Shown one piece after another: positions 19,754 through 29,771 of a stretch of DNA of 64,000 bases. The DNA lies in assembly GCA_964291415.2 (NCBI GenBank), contig OZ219917.1, forward strand, positions 928,001 through 992,000, in the 5' to 3' direction. Within the stretch, counting starts at the first letter, position 1. The number at the start of each line of letters is the position of its first letter. The position numbers were made by a program, and so were the translations under genes. Origin of the DNA: Alphaproteobacteria bacterium (GTDB taxonomy: Bacteria; Pseudomonadota; Alphaproteobacteria; SP197). The notes beneath the pieces were generated by a model. It did not search any database and had not been told where the DNA came from. It saw only the letters and a program-made list of their open reading frames with translations.

Positions 19754-21415
19754 ATGAGCCGCCCTCTGTTCGTGTGTGGCGCAGACATCGTGACCATGGA
19801 TGCTGCCTCGCCCCGTGCCGAGGCCATGCTGGTGCGCGATGGCCGGATAGTTGAGGTTGGTCGCAACGACGACATCGCGGGCGACCTTCCTTCCGGAACC
19901 GAGACGGTCGATCTGGAGGGCCGATGCGTCATTCCCGGATTGATCGACGCCCATGCCCACATGGAGCGCGAGGGCCTCAAGGACATCCGGATCAGTCTGG
20001 CGGGCGCACGTTCACTCGACGATGTCCTGTCGCGGGTGGCCGCTGCTGCTGTCATGACACCGAAAGGCGCATGGATCGTCACAATGCCGGTCGGAACAGC
20101 TCCCTACTATCTGGACGGTCCCTCGGCGCTCGTGGAAGGCCGTCTGCCGGACCGTCGGGAGCTCGACCAAGTGGCTCCCGACCATGCCGTTTACATCATG
20201 GCGCCCTTCGGCTCGTGGAGCCGGGTGCCGACGCATGCAGCATTGAACACCTTGGCGCTGGATCGTGCCGGCATCCTTCAGGGGTCCAGAGCACGCTGTG
20301 ACGGCGTCGACATTGAATGCGATTCGGACGGCGTTCCCAGTGGCATCATCGTCGAGCACAACGAGCGCCCAAGCCTGGAGTTCGATCTCTTGAAGAGCCT
20401 GCCAGGTTTCACCTGGCACCAACGCTTCGAAGCCATTCAGCGCTCCATGAAAATCTACAATGCCGCCGGAACGACCAGCGTCTACGAAGGCCATGGCTCC
20501 TACGCCATGAGTGTCGGGCTCTACCAGCATCTCTGGGAGGAGCGGAAACTCAGTGTCCGCGTGTCATTGACGATCAGCCCGACCTGGAACAGCCCGGACG
20601 AAGCCCGTCGAATCATGCGTGACTGGCTGGGCTTTGCCCGAGGCCGCGGACTGGGCGATGAATGGTTGCGTGTATCGGGTGTCTACATTGGCTTTGGAGG
20701 GAACGCCTGCACCTCCGAACTGATGCGAGAATCACTGCCCGATACCGGATGGGCCGGCTTTGTCGAATGGTGCAACGACGAAGAACAGTATGCCGCGCTT
20801 GTTGGCCTGGCTGCCGAATTCAACCTGCGTGTTCACACGGTGATTCTCGAGGATCTGGGACGGGTTCTGCCGATCTTCGAGCGACTCGCCGAGCGCTATG
20901 CCATCGCGAGGCGCCGTTGGGTGATGGAGCATGTCGGTCAGCTCGCGCCATCCGATTACCAGCGCGTGCGCCGACTCGGTCTCATCATCACGACCATTCC
21001 GGTCTATCAACTCTGGAAGAACGGCGATGACTACTTCGACGCGCCGAATGAAGGCAACGAGGTCGCGGCCCACAAGTCCCTGCTGGAGGCTGGCATTCCG
21101 GTCGCGATCGGCTCGGACAACATTCCCGTTTCCCTGTTCAGGGCCATGGCCGTGACACGCCAAAGGCTCGAGCATGTCACCGGACGATGCATCGGGCCGG
21201 ATCAGAGGCTCGATGGTATGGCGGCGTTGAGAACCTGCACGATCGAGGCCGCACGCCTCTCGTTCGAGGAGGATCTCAAGGGTAGCCTGACCCCAGGCAA
21301 GCTGGCCGATTTCTCGATCCTCTCCTGTGATCCGACGATCGTGGACGATAGGACGCTGGAGACACTGAAGCCGGATGCAACCGTGGTAGACGGCCGTTTC
21401 GTCTTTCGTGCATGA
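19754..21415 (+). CDS. YtcJ-like metal-dependent amidohydrolase (amidohydrolase_3)
   Basis: PGLIDAHAH, MEH, GSD, KGSLTPGKLADF. Confidence 0.88.
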   Translation: MSRPLFVCGADIVTMDAASPRAEAMLVRDGRIVEVGRNDDIAGDLPSGTETVDLEGRCVIPGLIDAHAHMEREGLKDIRISLAGARSLDDVLSRVAAAAVMTPKGAWIVTMPVGTAPYYLDGPSALVEGRLPDRRELDQVAPDHAVYIMAPFGSWSRVPTHAALNTLALDRAGILQGSRARCDGVDIECDSDGVPSGIIVEHNERPSLEFDLLKSLPGFTWHQRFEAIQRSMKIYNAAGTTSVYEGHGSYAMSVGLYQHLWEERKLSVRVSLTISPTWNSPDEARRIMRDWLGFARGRGLGDEWLRVSGVYIGFGGNACTSELMRESLPDTGWAGFVEWCNDEEQYAALVGLAAEFNLRVHTVILEDLGRVLPIFERLAERYAIARRRWVMEHVGQLAPSDYQRVRRLGLIITTIPVYQLWKNGDDYFDAPNEGNEVAAHKSLLEAGIPVAIGSDNIPVSLFRAMAVTRQRLEHVTGRCIGPDQRLDGMAALRTCTIEAARLSFEEDLKGSLTPGKLADFSILSCDPTIVDDRTLETLKPDATVVDGRFVFRA

Positions 21416-21577
21416 CGAGCTTGGAGAGTTCGGACGACCGTAACGCAAGGCGCGGAATCCCTGGGACGAGGTCGGGACCCAGTTCGGCCACCCGGTGCAG
21501 TTTGCGTTCCTTGCCAGTTTCCCGGAACCGATGTTTTTTCGCCCTCACCGTGCCGCGACGGGGAACTCAACGTCCAT

Positions 21578-22267
21578 TCACGTTTCGTCAGCTGGCCCCG
21601 CACCCTCGCTTCTCGACCGCTCGGTCGAGGGCACCAGTGTCTTGCCATAATAGGCGAGAACGCCGGACCAGGCCGCGCCGTCGACAGAGATTCCGTGATC
21701 CAGCGCCGCTTGCCGTCCCTCGTCGACGGCATTGAGGGGGATGCAGTCGGGAACGGTAGCGCCCGGGGCATTCGCCACCACCGTCACCGCTGCCCGGCCA
21801 CAGGTGGTGTTCCCCTTCACCGCCACCATGTTCCCGGCGACGTCGATGGCCGTTTCGGCGCCCCTGTGCCAGGAAAGGCGGACGTGGCCCGAGCCGGCAG
21901 CGGCCACGGCGCCCGCAAGAAGAAGCGGGACATCCACCTCCTCCACCTGGAGTGCCAAGGGTTCGGCCGGCGCCATGGAGAGCCGGTCCGTGATGACGGG
22001 ACCGGCGAAGATCGCCGATACCGTCCGTCCGTCGCGACAGGCAACCCGATTGTCCCGGATCACGAGGTCACCGCCGCTTTGCCCCCTTGCCAGGGCATCG
22101 AGCGCGGGCAGCGCTGCCCGGGCCGGGTCCTTGTCGACGAAGGCAAGCCACGCCGCGGTGGCGGCAAACTCCTCGCAGATGCCGACGGGGGCGCCGGCGC
22201 CGGCGGCGGCACGCGCAAGGTGGAAGAGGATCTCGTTGAGCGAGAGAAGGGCAGGAGATGTTGTCAT
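21578..22267 (-). CDS. DUF3726-like protein
   Basis: LSLNEI...ARAAAGAG...EEFA N-terminus and KTLVPSTERSRSEGAG C-terminus; family recognised from memory. Confidence 0.7.
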   Translation of the reverse strand: MTTSPALLSLNEILFHLARAAAGAGAPVGICEEFAATAAWLAFVDKDPARAALPALDALARGQSGGDLVIRDNRVACRDGRTVSAIFAGPVITDRLSMAPAEPLALQVEEVDVPLLLAGAVAAAGSGHVRLSWHRGAETAIDVAGNMVAVKGNTTCGRAAVTVVANAPGATVPDCIPLNAVDEGRQAALDHGISVDGAAWSGVLAYYGKTLVPSTERSRSEGAGPADET

Positions 22268-22531
22268 GCCGGACTCTAGGCGGAACTCAACTGGCGCTCA
22301 ATTTGTCCAACTCGGTGTATTGAAGGCGCATGTTGCGTGACTGAAACATGTAACCCGTCGTGTGTTCCCATAACAGACGCCTCATGGTCTTCAGCATCGA
22401 ACACGTCCCCGACCAGGCCGGCAAGCCTGCCTGCTCCTCAAGCAAGGCCTGGCGCAAAGGGTTCGGGTTCAGGAAGAAGACCATCGCCAGCCTCGCCATG
22501 CTCCCCGATCATGTCGTCGAGGACGGGACTG

Positions 22532-23548
22532 TCAGATCGCGGGGGCGTAGATGACGTTGGCCTGACCCGCGAGCCGGCTGTCGGTCGACCTGATCCGCAC
22601 CGGCTCGGCGTTCAGTAGTTCGCGACACCGCTCCACGGTCTCGCGCTCGAGGCGCGCCATCGCCTCGCGCGTGTAGAAGGCAAGGTGCGGCGTGAGAATG
22701 ACGTTCGGCATGCCGTAGAGATCGGAGAGGGGGTGCCCCTTGCGGGCCAGGGGCTCGTCGTCGAAGACATCCAGTCCGGCGCCGGCGATCCGCTGCTCCA
22801 GGAGTGCTTCGACGAGTGCTGTCTCGTCGACGATGGCGCCGCGCGAGACATTGACGAGGATCGCCGTCGGCTTCATGAGGGCGAGTTCGCGGGCACCGAT
22901 CATGCCCCGGGTGGTGCTGTCGAGAACCGCCAGCACCGCCACCGCATCGGCTGCCGCCATGAGATCGTCGAGGGTATCGAGCTTCACGACGCCGAGCGCT
23001 TCCATGTCGGCGGCGGGTACGCAAGGGTCATAAGCCACGACGCGTGCGCGAAAGCCGCATCCGGCCATGCGTGCCAGGCTGCGGCCGATCCGGCCAAGTC
23101 CGACAATGCCGATCGTCTGGCCGGCGATGTCCGAACCGATCCAGGCCGGTTCCGGCCAGGCCCAGCCGTGTTGTTGCATGTGACGATGGAGATCCGGCAG
23201 GCGCCTGGCGAGAGCGATGATGAGAGCGAAGGCAGCTTCGGCCACGGTCTCTTCGGCGTAGGTCGGGATGTTGACCACCGTGACGCCGCGATGCCTTGCC
23301 GCCGCAATGTCGATGGCATCGATGCCGACGCCATACTTGACGATACCGCGCAGACGGGTGGCGGCGGCGATGGCTTTCGCCGTGACGGGCGTGTAGCACG
23401 CAAGGAGGACATCGGCATCGGCCAGGGCCTCGATCAGGCGTGCCTCCGGGATGGCGTGGGGCAACAGGAGAAGCTCGTGTCCGTCCCGCCGGAGCCCTTC
23501 GTCGATACGCGGAGTGCTGATCTCGCAGTCGGTCCGGACGATTCTCAT
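22532..23548 (-). CDS. D-2-hydroxyacid dehydrogenase (PGDH-like); candidate PbfF-type hydroxy-aminoethylphosphonate racemase
   Basis: GVGIDAID, GLGRIG, NVSRG, DVFDDEP, TPHLA; ATGA-coupled to pbfA. Confidence 0.85.
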   Translation of the reverse strand: MRIVRTDCEISTPRIDEGLRRDGHELLLLPHAIPEARLIEALADADVLLACYTPVTAKAIAAATRLRGIVKYGVGIDAIDIAAARHRGVTVVNIPTYAEETVAEAAFALIIALARRLPDLHRHMQQHGWAWPEPAWIGSDIAGQTIGIVGLGRIGRSLARMAGCGFRARVVAYDPCVPAADMEALGVVKLDTLDDLMAAADAVAVLAVLDSTTRGMIGARELALMKPTAILVNVSRGAIVDETALVEALLEQRIAGAGLDVFDDEPLARKGHPLSDLYGMPNVILTPHLAFYTREAMARLERETVERCRELLNAEPVRIRSTDSRLAGQANVIYAPAI

Positions 23549-24900
23549 CGACGGCGCTCCTCCTGGTCGATCGCGTTCTGAACGACATCGAGGGCCCGGT
23601 CGAGATCCTCCCTGGAGATCACGAGCGGTGGCGACAGGGTGAGGACGCACCCCTGGCTGATCTTGAAGCTCACGCCGCCCTCGAGGCAGCGGTAGAAGAT
23701 CCGCTCGGCAGCTTCGCGATTCTCCTCCCGTGTCGCCCGGTCCTTCACGATCTCGATCCCGAGCATCAGTCCTCGGCCGCGCACATCGCCGACGAGGGGC
23801 TGGTCGGCCCCGAAGGAGCGCAGCCTTGCCAGGGCATGGGCGCCGAGGTCGGCGGCCCTCTCGACGAGGCCTTCCTCCTCGATGACCTCGAGAGTGGCGA
23901 GTGCCGCCGCCGCCGTCACCGGGTTCTTCTCGTGGGTGTAGTGACCGATGGCGAAGTCGCCGCCGACATCGAGGCCGGGACGCGCCAGACAGGCCGCGAT
24001 CGGAAGAACGCCGCCACCCAGGGCCTTGCCCAGGGTCACGATGTCGGGAACGACATCGTCGTGTTCACAGGCGAACATCCGGCCGGTCTTGCCGAGGCCG
24101 GTGGGAATCTCGTCGAGGATCAGCAGGGCGCCGTGGCGATCGCAGGCTTCCCGCACCGCCCTCCAGAATCCGGGCGGCGGAACATGGGGAACCGCACGCA
24201 TGGGTTCGCCGATGACGGCGGCGACGTCGCCCTCGCGCTCGAGCACATAGTCGACCATCCGCGCGCAGGCCAGGCCGCAGACATGCGGGCCGGCATGGCT
24301 GTAGGGGCAACGGTAGCAGGCGAACGGCGCCACGTGTTCCGTGCCCGGCAGCAGCGGTCCGGCAATATGGCTGCGAAAGGTCGCCTCGCCGCCGATCGCC
24401 GCCGCCCCCAGTCCGGCACCGTGGAAAGAGTCCCAGAACGAGACGGTCTTGAAGCGCCCCGTCGCCGCGCGGGCAATCTTGAGGGCCACCTCGTTGGCGT
24501 CGGAGCCTCCGGTGGTGAACAGCGCCTTCGCGTTCCCGCCCGGCGCGAGTTCGCCCAGCCGCTCGGCGAGGCGGACGGCCGGCTCGTTGGTGAAGCGGCG
24601 CGGTGAGAACGGCAAGGCGTCGAGCTGGGCCTTGATCGCCGCGATGACCCTGGGGTGGCCGTAGCCGATGTGATGGACGGAGTTGCCGTGAAGGTCCATG
24701 AAACGGCGCCCGTCGTGATCCTCGATCCAGATACCTTCGGCACGCCGGATGGTCGTCAGGCAGGGCGTGGAGAGACTCTGGTGCAGGAAGGCGCCGGCAT
24801 CGCGCTCGAGAAGCGGCGTGGAACGGCTGCCTGAAGTCCAGGCGCGTCGCGCCGCCGAGAGATTGGATTCGCCTTCCCCGTGAACGGTCGGGCCAGTCAT
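23545..24900 (-). CDS. pbfA: class III aminotransferase-fold PLP enzyme, (R)-1-hydroxy-2-aminoethylphosphonate ammonia-lyase
   Basis: [54 protein letters not shown]; ATGA-coupled to phnY. Confidence 0.85.
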   Translation of the reverse strand: MTGPTVHGEGESNLSAARRAWTSGSRSTPLLERDAGAFLHQSLSTPCLTTIRRAEGIWIEDHDGRRFMDLHGNSVHHIGYGHPRVIAAIKAQLDALPFSPRRFTNEPAVRLAERLGELAPGGNAKALFTTGGSDANEVALKIARAATGRFKTVSFWDSFHGAGLGAAAIGGEATFRSHIAGPLLPGTEHVAPFACYRCPYSHAGPHVCGLACARMVDYVLEREGDVAAVIGEPMRAVPHVPPPGFWRAVREACDRHGALLILDEIPTGLGKTGRMFACEHDDVVPDIVTLGKALGGGVLPIAACLARPGLDVGGDFAIGHYTHEKNPVTAAAALATLEVIEEEGLVERAADLGAHALARLRSFGADQPLVGDVRGRGLMLGIEIVKDRATREENREAAERIFYRCLEGGVSFKISQGCVLTLSPPLVISREDLDRALDVVQNAIDQEERRR

Positions 24901-26342
24901 CCGGGCCACGGAAGCGAGTAGGTCTTGACGTTGGTGAAGAACCTCATGGCCTCCACGACACCCTCCTTGACGCCATTGCCGCTGTCCTTGATTCCGCCGA
25001 ACGGCGACATCTCGATACGATAGCCGGGCTGCTCCCAGATGTTGCAGGTGCCGACGTCGAGCCCGTTGATGAAGGCGATGGCGCGCCCGAGATCGTTGGT
25101 GCAGACCCCCGAGGAGAGGCCAAAGGGCGTGCCGTTCGAAATGGCCATGACGGCGGCATCGTCATCGGGTACGCGGAGGATCGGAATGACCGGACCGAAT
25201 GTTTCCTCCATCACGAGTTCGCTGTCCCGGGGCACGTGGTCGACGACGATCGGCGGCAGGAGAGCTCCCCGCCGCTCCGGGTGATAGAGAATCCGGGCGC
25301 CGGCCCTGGCGGCGTCGAGGACCCGATTCTCGAAGAGCGCCGCGGCCTCGGCATCGATGACGCAGCCGAGTTCCGTGGCCGGATCCTCGGGGTCGCCGAA
25401 CCTGATGGCGCGGGCCAAAGCGAGGACGCGGGCGACGAACGTTTCCGCCACGCTCTCCTGCACGAGGATGCGCTTGACCGCGGTGCAGCGCTGGCCCGAG
25501 TTGCCGGTGGCTCCGGCGACCGCGAGTCCGGCTGCCTTGTGGAGATCGTCGTCGCCGAGGTCGTTGAGGACGATCAGGGGATCGTTGCCGCCGAGTTCCA
25601 GGGCGGTGCGCCGGAACCCCGCCTTTTCGGCGATCATCTTGCCTACAGGCACCCCGCCGGTGAAGGTGATGATGTCGATGTTCCGGTTGGTGATCATCTC
25701 GTCGCCGATGTCGGCGGGCCAGCCGGTGACAACCTGGAACATCTCGGGCGGAAGCCCGGCCTCGTAGAGGATGTCGGCGAGGGCAATGGCCGTCAGGGGC
25801 GTACGCTCCGTGGGCTTGCAGACCATGCAATTGTTGGTCGCGATCGCCGGCGCCACCTTGTGGCTGACCATGTTGAGAGGGTGATTGAACGGGGTGATGG
25901 CGCTGATGGCGCGCACCGGTTCGCGCCTCGTGTAGATCTTGCGTTCCTTGCCCTGCGGCGTCAGGTCGCAGGAGAAGATCGTGCCGTCGTCGACCAGCGC
26001 CATCTGTCCGGCGAAGGTGAAGACGTCGCAGGCCCGTCCCGTCTCGTAGAGGGCGTGACGGTGGCAGATGCCGAGTTCCAGCGTGAGCCAGCGGGCGAGC
26101 CAGTCGCGCTTGCGTTCGATGAGTTCGGCCGTCCCGAGGAGGATCCTCTGGCGCTCGTAGCGGCTGAGCGTCGCCCGGTAGCCGGCGGCAACCTCGAAGG
26201 CGCGGGCAGCGTGTTCGGCCTTGCCCGCCGGAACCGAGCCGACGACCTCGCCTGTATAGGGGTAGTGCACGGGAATGACGTCATCGGTGAAGACGGTCTC
26301 GCCGCCGATCCTCATGCCTTCGTGACGAACCTCCCGGCCCAT
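24897..26342 (-). CDS. phnY: phosphonoacetaldehyde dehydrogenase
   Basis: ALDH motifs [28 protein letters not shown], plus [16 protein letters not shown]; lies between phnA and pbfA. Confidence 0.93.
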   Translation of the reverse strand: MGREVRHEGMRIGGETVFTDDVIPVHYPYTGEVVGSVPAGKAEHAARAFEVAAGYRATLSRYERQRILLGTAELIERKRDWLARWLTLELGICHRHALYETGRACDVFTFAGQMALVDDGTIFSCDLTPQGKERKIYTRREPVRAISAITPFNHPLNMVSHKVAPAIATNNCMVCKPTERTPLTAIALADILYEAGLPPEMFQVVTGWPADIGDEMITNRNIDIITFTGGVPVGKMIAEKAGFRRTALELGGNDPLIVLNDLGDDDLHKAAGLAVAGATGNSGQRCTAVKRILVQESVAETFVARVLALARAIRFGDPEDPATELGCVIDAEAAALFENRVLDAARAGARILYHPERRGALLPPIVVDHVPRDSELVMEETFGPVIPILRVPDDDAAVMAISNGTPFGLSSGVCTNDLGRAIAFINGLDVGTCNIWEQPGYRIEMSPFGGIKDSGNGVKEGVVEAMRFFTNVKTYSLPWPG

Positions 26343-27586
26343 CAGGCGGCGGCCGCGGCGGTGGCGTGGAAGAAGGCGTCGAAGTTGCGCAGGCGCGGCT
26401 CGTCGGGAATGTCAACGACACGATTGATGATGAAGGGGACCACCTGCTCCGTCAGGCCGCCATGGCTGCGCAGGGGTTCGCGCAGGAGATCGAGATCGTG
26501 ACGGTCACGTGAGGTGCCGATGCAGACATGGGCCCCTGAAATGATGACGATGTCGCCGATACGGTCGGCCGGCAGCTCGAACCGCGACACGGCTTCGGCC
26601 CGGGTCAGCACATGGGTGATTCCCTTCGTCTGCAGGAACCTCGCGATGATGGCGTTCACATCGGCGTCGTGCGGCAGGTAGGCGGTGGCGTAGGAGCCCA
26701 GCGCGCCGTGATGCACCACATAGGGATCGGTGATCGGCAGGATGACCCTGGCGGCCTCCCGGCCGAGCCAGTCATCCAGCAGGTCCTGGGCGTAGACGAC
26801 AGAGGGGGAGCCGTCGGAGAGATGCTTGGGCTTCATGCCGTGATCGGCCGTCAGCACGATCACCGCGCCGGCCGCGTCCATGGCGTCGAGGTAACGGTCG
26901 AACATGGCGTAGAAGGCCTTGGCCTCGGCGTCCTCGGGCGCGAACTTGTGCTGGATGTAGTCGCTCGTGGTGAGATAGAGCACATCCGGAGACCATTCGC
27001 GCAACAGCTTGACGCCGGCGGCGAAGACGAACTCGCTGAGCGCGCCCGAGTAGACCTCGGGCCTGGCCCGGCCGAGCCACGCGCTGGCGTTCTCGATACC
27101 GTGTTCGGCGAGGGTCGTGCTGTCGCAACGTTCGGCGGAAAAGCAGCGCCCCCGGTCCTGCGACATGGTGAGCCCGGCGCCGAGCAGGGCCCGCAACTTG
27201 TCCTTGGCCGTGACGATGCCGACCCGGGCGCCGGCATTCTGGAGGTCGCGGAAGATGGTGCCCGTCCTCAGGAACCGGACATCGTTCATCATCACTTCCT
27301 CGCCTGTCGCCGGATCGTAGAGAAAGTTGCCACAGATCCCGTGCACCGAAGGCGGCACGCCGGTGGCAATCGACAGATTGTTGGGATTGGTGAAGGTCGG
27401 CACCACGGCGTCCGCGAGGCGATCGGTTCCGGTCTCGCGGATCCTCGCCAGGCACGGCATCAGGCCGTCTTCGATCGCCCTGTCGAGATAGTCCGGTTCG
27501 CATCCGTCGAGACAGATGGCGATGACCGGCACCCTGGGAAAGGGATAGAGACGACCGTTGGTCTCGACCGCTGCCGTGGCGTTCAT
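26342..27586 (-). CDS. phnA: phosphonoacetate hydrolase
   Basis: [54 protein letters not shown]. Confidence 0.95.
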   Translation of the reverse strand: MNATAAVETNGRLYPFPRVPVIAICLDGCEPDYLDRAIEDGLMPCLARIRETGTDRLADAVVPTFTNPNNLSIATGVPPSVHGICGNFLYDPATGEEVMMNDVRFLRTGTIFRDLQNAGARVGIVTAKDKLRALLGAGLTMSQDRGRCFSAERCDSTTLAEHGIENASAWLGRARPEVYSGALSEFVFAAGVKLLREWSPDVLYLTTSDYIQHKFAPEDAEAKAFYAMFDRYLDAMDAAGAVIVLTADHGMKPKHLSDGSPSVVYAQDLLDDWLGREAARVILPITDPYVVHHGALGSYATAYLPHDADVNAIIARFLQTKGITHVLTRAEAVSRFELPADRIGDIVIISGAHVCIGTSRDRHDLDLLREPLRSHGGLTEQVVPFIINRVVDIPDEPRLRNFDAFFHATAAAAA

Positions 27587-28746
27587 TGTTGCGATACCTC
27601 CGCGCTGGATTGTACGAGCGATGGTGCCGCGCTTGCGACGCCCATGTCCGCAAGCGAAGCGCGCGCCGCGGCCACGACCTGACGCATGACGTCCTCGTCG
27701 AGATCCCCGATGCAGCCGATGCGGAAACTCTCGACCGCAGTCTGCTTGCCGGGATAAATCACGAATCCCCTCGCCTTCATACGTTCATAGAACCGGTCGA
27801 AGTCGAACGCGGCGTCTGCCGGACACAGGAACGTGACGATGACCGGGCTTTGCCAGCGGTCGTCGAGCAGGGTGACGAAGCCTGCATCGCGCATGCCCGT
27901 TACCAGAACGTCGCAGTTGCGGGCATAGCGGGCGCCCCTTCCGGCAACCCCGCCCTCCGCCTCGTGGAGACGCAGGGCCTCCACGAAGGCCGCGATGCAC
28001 TGGGTCGGGGGCGTGAAGCGCCACTGGCCTGTCCGGTTCATGTGCGACCACTGGTCGTGAACATCGAGGCTGAGCGACCGGCTGTTCCCGTGAGCCTCCT
28101 CAAGGGCGTCCTTGCGGGCGACGATGAAGGCGAGGCCGGGCACCCCTTCGATGCACTTGTTGGCCGACGACACCACGGCGTCGAACGGGACGTCGGACGG
28201 CGAGAGCGGGAGGGCGCCGAAGGCCGACATGGAATCGATCAGGAACCGCCGTCCGGCCTGCCGGGTTGCCGATGCCATGGCGCTCAGTGGATTGAGCATG
28301 CCCGAACTCGTCTCGCAGTGGACCGCGACGACATGGGTGATCGCCGGATCGCGGGCCAGGGCCTCGGCGATGTCCGCGCCGCAGAGCGGCTGGCCGTCCC
28401 CCTTCTCGATAACCGTCGAGGCGCGGCCGAGGCAGGCCATCACCTTCGCGATTCGCCGGGCGTAGGCGCCGTTCGAGGGAATCAGGGCCTTGCCGCAGGC
28501 CGGAATGAAGGAGTTGAGCATGGCCTCTACCGAGAAGGTGCCGCTTCCCTGCATCGGCACGCAGTCGAAGTCCTCGTGAGCATCCTCGAGCATGGCGACA
28601 AGCCGCGTGCGCATCTCCCGCGTCAGGGCGATGAAGTCGTCATCACGGCTGCCCCAGTCGCGCAACATCGCCTGCCTGACCGACGGCGCGGTCGTCAGCG
28701 GACCGGGCGTCAACAGGTAAGGCGCGGAAGGATCGGCTCGTGTCAT
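27583..28746 (-). CDS. phnW: 2-aminoethylphosphonate--pyruvate transaminase
   Basis: YLLTPGPLTT, QGSGTF, VHCETSSG, DSMSAFG, SSANKCIEGVPG, QWRFTPP. Confidence 0.95.
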   Translation of the reverse strand: MTRADPSAPYLLTPGPLTTAPSVRQAMLRDWGSRDDDFIALTREMRTRLVAMLEDAHEDFDCVPMQGSGTFSVEAMLNSFIPACGKALIPSNGAYARRIAKVMACLGRASTVIEKGDGQPLCGADIAEALARDPAITHVVAVHCETSSGMLNPLSAMASATRQAGRRFLIDSMSAFGALPLSPSDVPFDAVVSSANKCIEGVPGLAFIVARKDALEEAHGNSRSLSLDVHDQWSHMNRTGQWRFTPPTQCIAAFVEALRLHEAEGGVAGRGARYARNCDVLVTGMRDAGFVTLLDDRWQSPVIVTFLCPADAAFDFDRFYERMKARGFVIYPGKQTAVESFRIGCIGDLDEDVMRQVVAAARASLADMGVASAAPSLVQSSAEVSQQ

Positions 28747-28835
28747 GGCCCACCGGATAGCACCCGGGCTAGCCCAGGACAAAACCTTTCCTTACGATGA
28801 ATCGATCAATTCAATTTATGGAAAGTCTGTCGGCC

Positions 28836-29771
28836 ATGAACCACACGCAGATCCGCGCCTTCCACGCGGTGGCGAGACTCGGGGGATTTTCGCGGGCCGC
28901 CGAAGCGTTGCATCTCACGCAGCCGGCGGTTTCCGAACAGGTCCGCCGCCTGGAGCAGGCCCATGACCTGCGGCTGTTCCACCGCCACCGCAAGCGTGTC
29001 CGGCTCACCGAAGTCGGCTCCAGGCTGCAGGTCCTCACCAGGCGGTACTTCGAGATCGAGGACGAGATCGATGCTTTCCTCGTGGAGCGCGCCGCCACGA
29101 CGTCCGGGCGCCTTCGCATCCACGCCGATTCGGCGCGCCACATCACGAACATACTCACCCGGTTCCGCAGCCGCCATCCGGACGTGAGGATCCAGCTTCG
29201 ACCCGGCAACACCGGCACCATTCTCGGTGCCTTGCGCAACTGGGACGCCGACATTGGCGTCGTCGGCCAGGTGCCGGACGCGGCAGACCTCGATTCGCTC
29301 GATCTCGGATCGACACCCATCATCGCCTTTGCCGCGCGGGGTGTCGTTCCGTCCGGCATCGAGGCCATGACGATGCGGGATCTTGCCGGCTATCCCCTGG
29401 TCCTGCGCGAACCGGGCTCGGCGACGCGCCGCCAGGTTCTCGAGCGGGCGCAGGCGCTTGGCATCGGTCTCGACGTGGCAATCGAGGCCGAGGGGCGTGA
29501 TGCCGTGCGCGACCTCGTGCTGTCCGGCGGTGGGGTGGGGTTCGTGTCGCGTGCCGAACACATTCCCGGTCCGGACGTTGTTGCCATCGAGGTCACCGAC
29601 CTCGGTGCCCGCATGGCCGAATCGATCGTCCACCTGTCGCAGCGGCGAAACGTGCTTGTGATCAGGCGGTTCATGGAGTTCGCCCGCGGCGATGCTCTCA
29701 TGGATCAGGTCAGCGAAAGCGCCAGGCCTGTGTCCGCTTCATCACGCCGCGCGAAAGCGCCAGATGAATGA
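28836..29771 (+). CDS. LysR-family regulator of the phosphonate cluster
   Basis: FSRAAEALHLTQPAVSEQVRRLE HTH; divergent from phnW; its 3' end overlaps the permease 3' end by 62 bp. Confidence 0.92.
   Translation: MNHTQIRAFHAVARLGGFSRAAEALHLTQPAVSEQVRRLEQAHDLRLFHRHRKRVRLTEVGSRLQVLTRRYFEIEDEIDAFLVERAATTSGRLRIHADSARHITNILTRFRSRHPDVRIQLRPGNTGTILGALRNWDADIGVVGQVPDAADLDSLDLGSTPIIAFAARGVVPSGIEAMTMRDLAGYPLVLREPGSATRRQVLERAQALGIGLDVAIEAEGRDAVRDLVLSGGGVGFVSRAEHIPGPDVVAIEVTDLGARMAESIVHLSQRRNVLVIRRFMEFARGDALMDQVSESARPVSASSRRAKAPDE

Noticed and set aside
22287-22499. 70-aa ORF ending at the left inverted repeat as a transposase C-terminal remnant
   Set aside because: The position is suggestive, but there is no DDE or other recognisable motif; it cannot be supported without a search.
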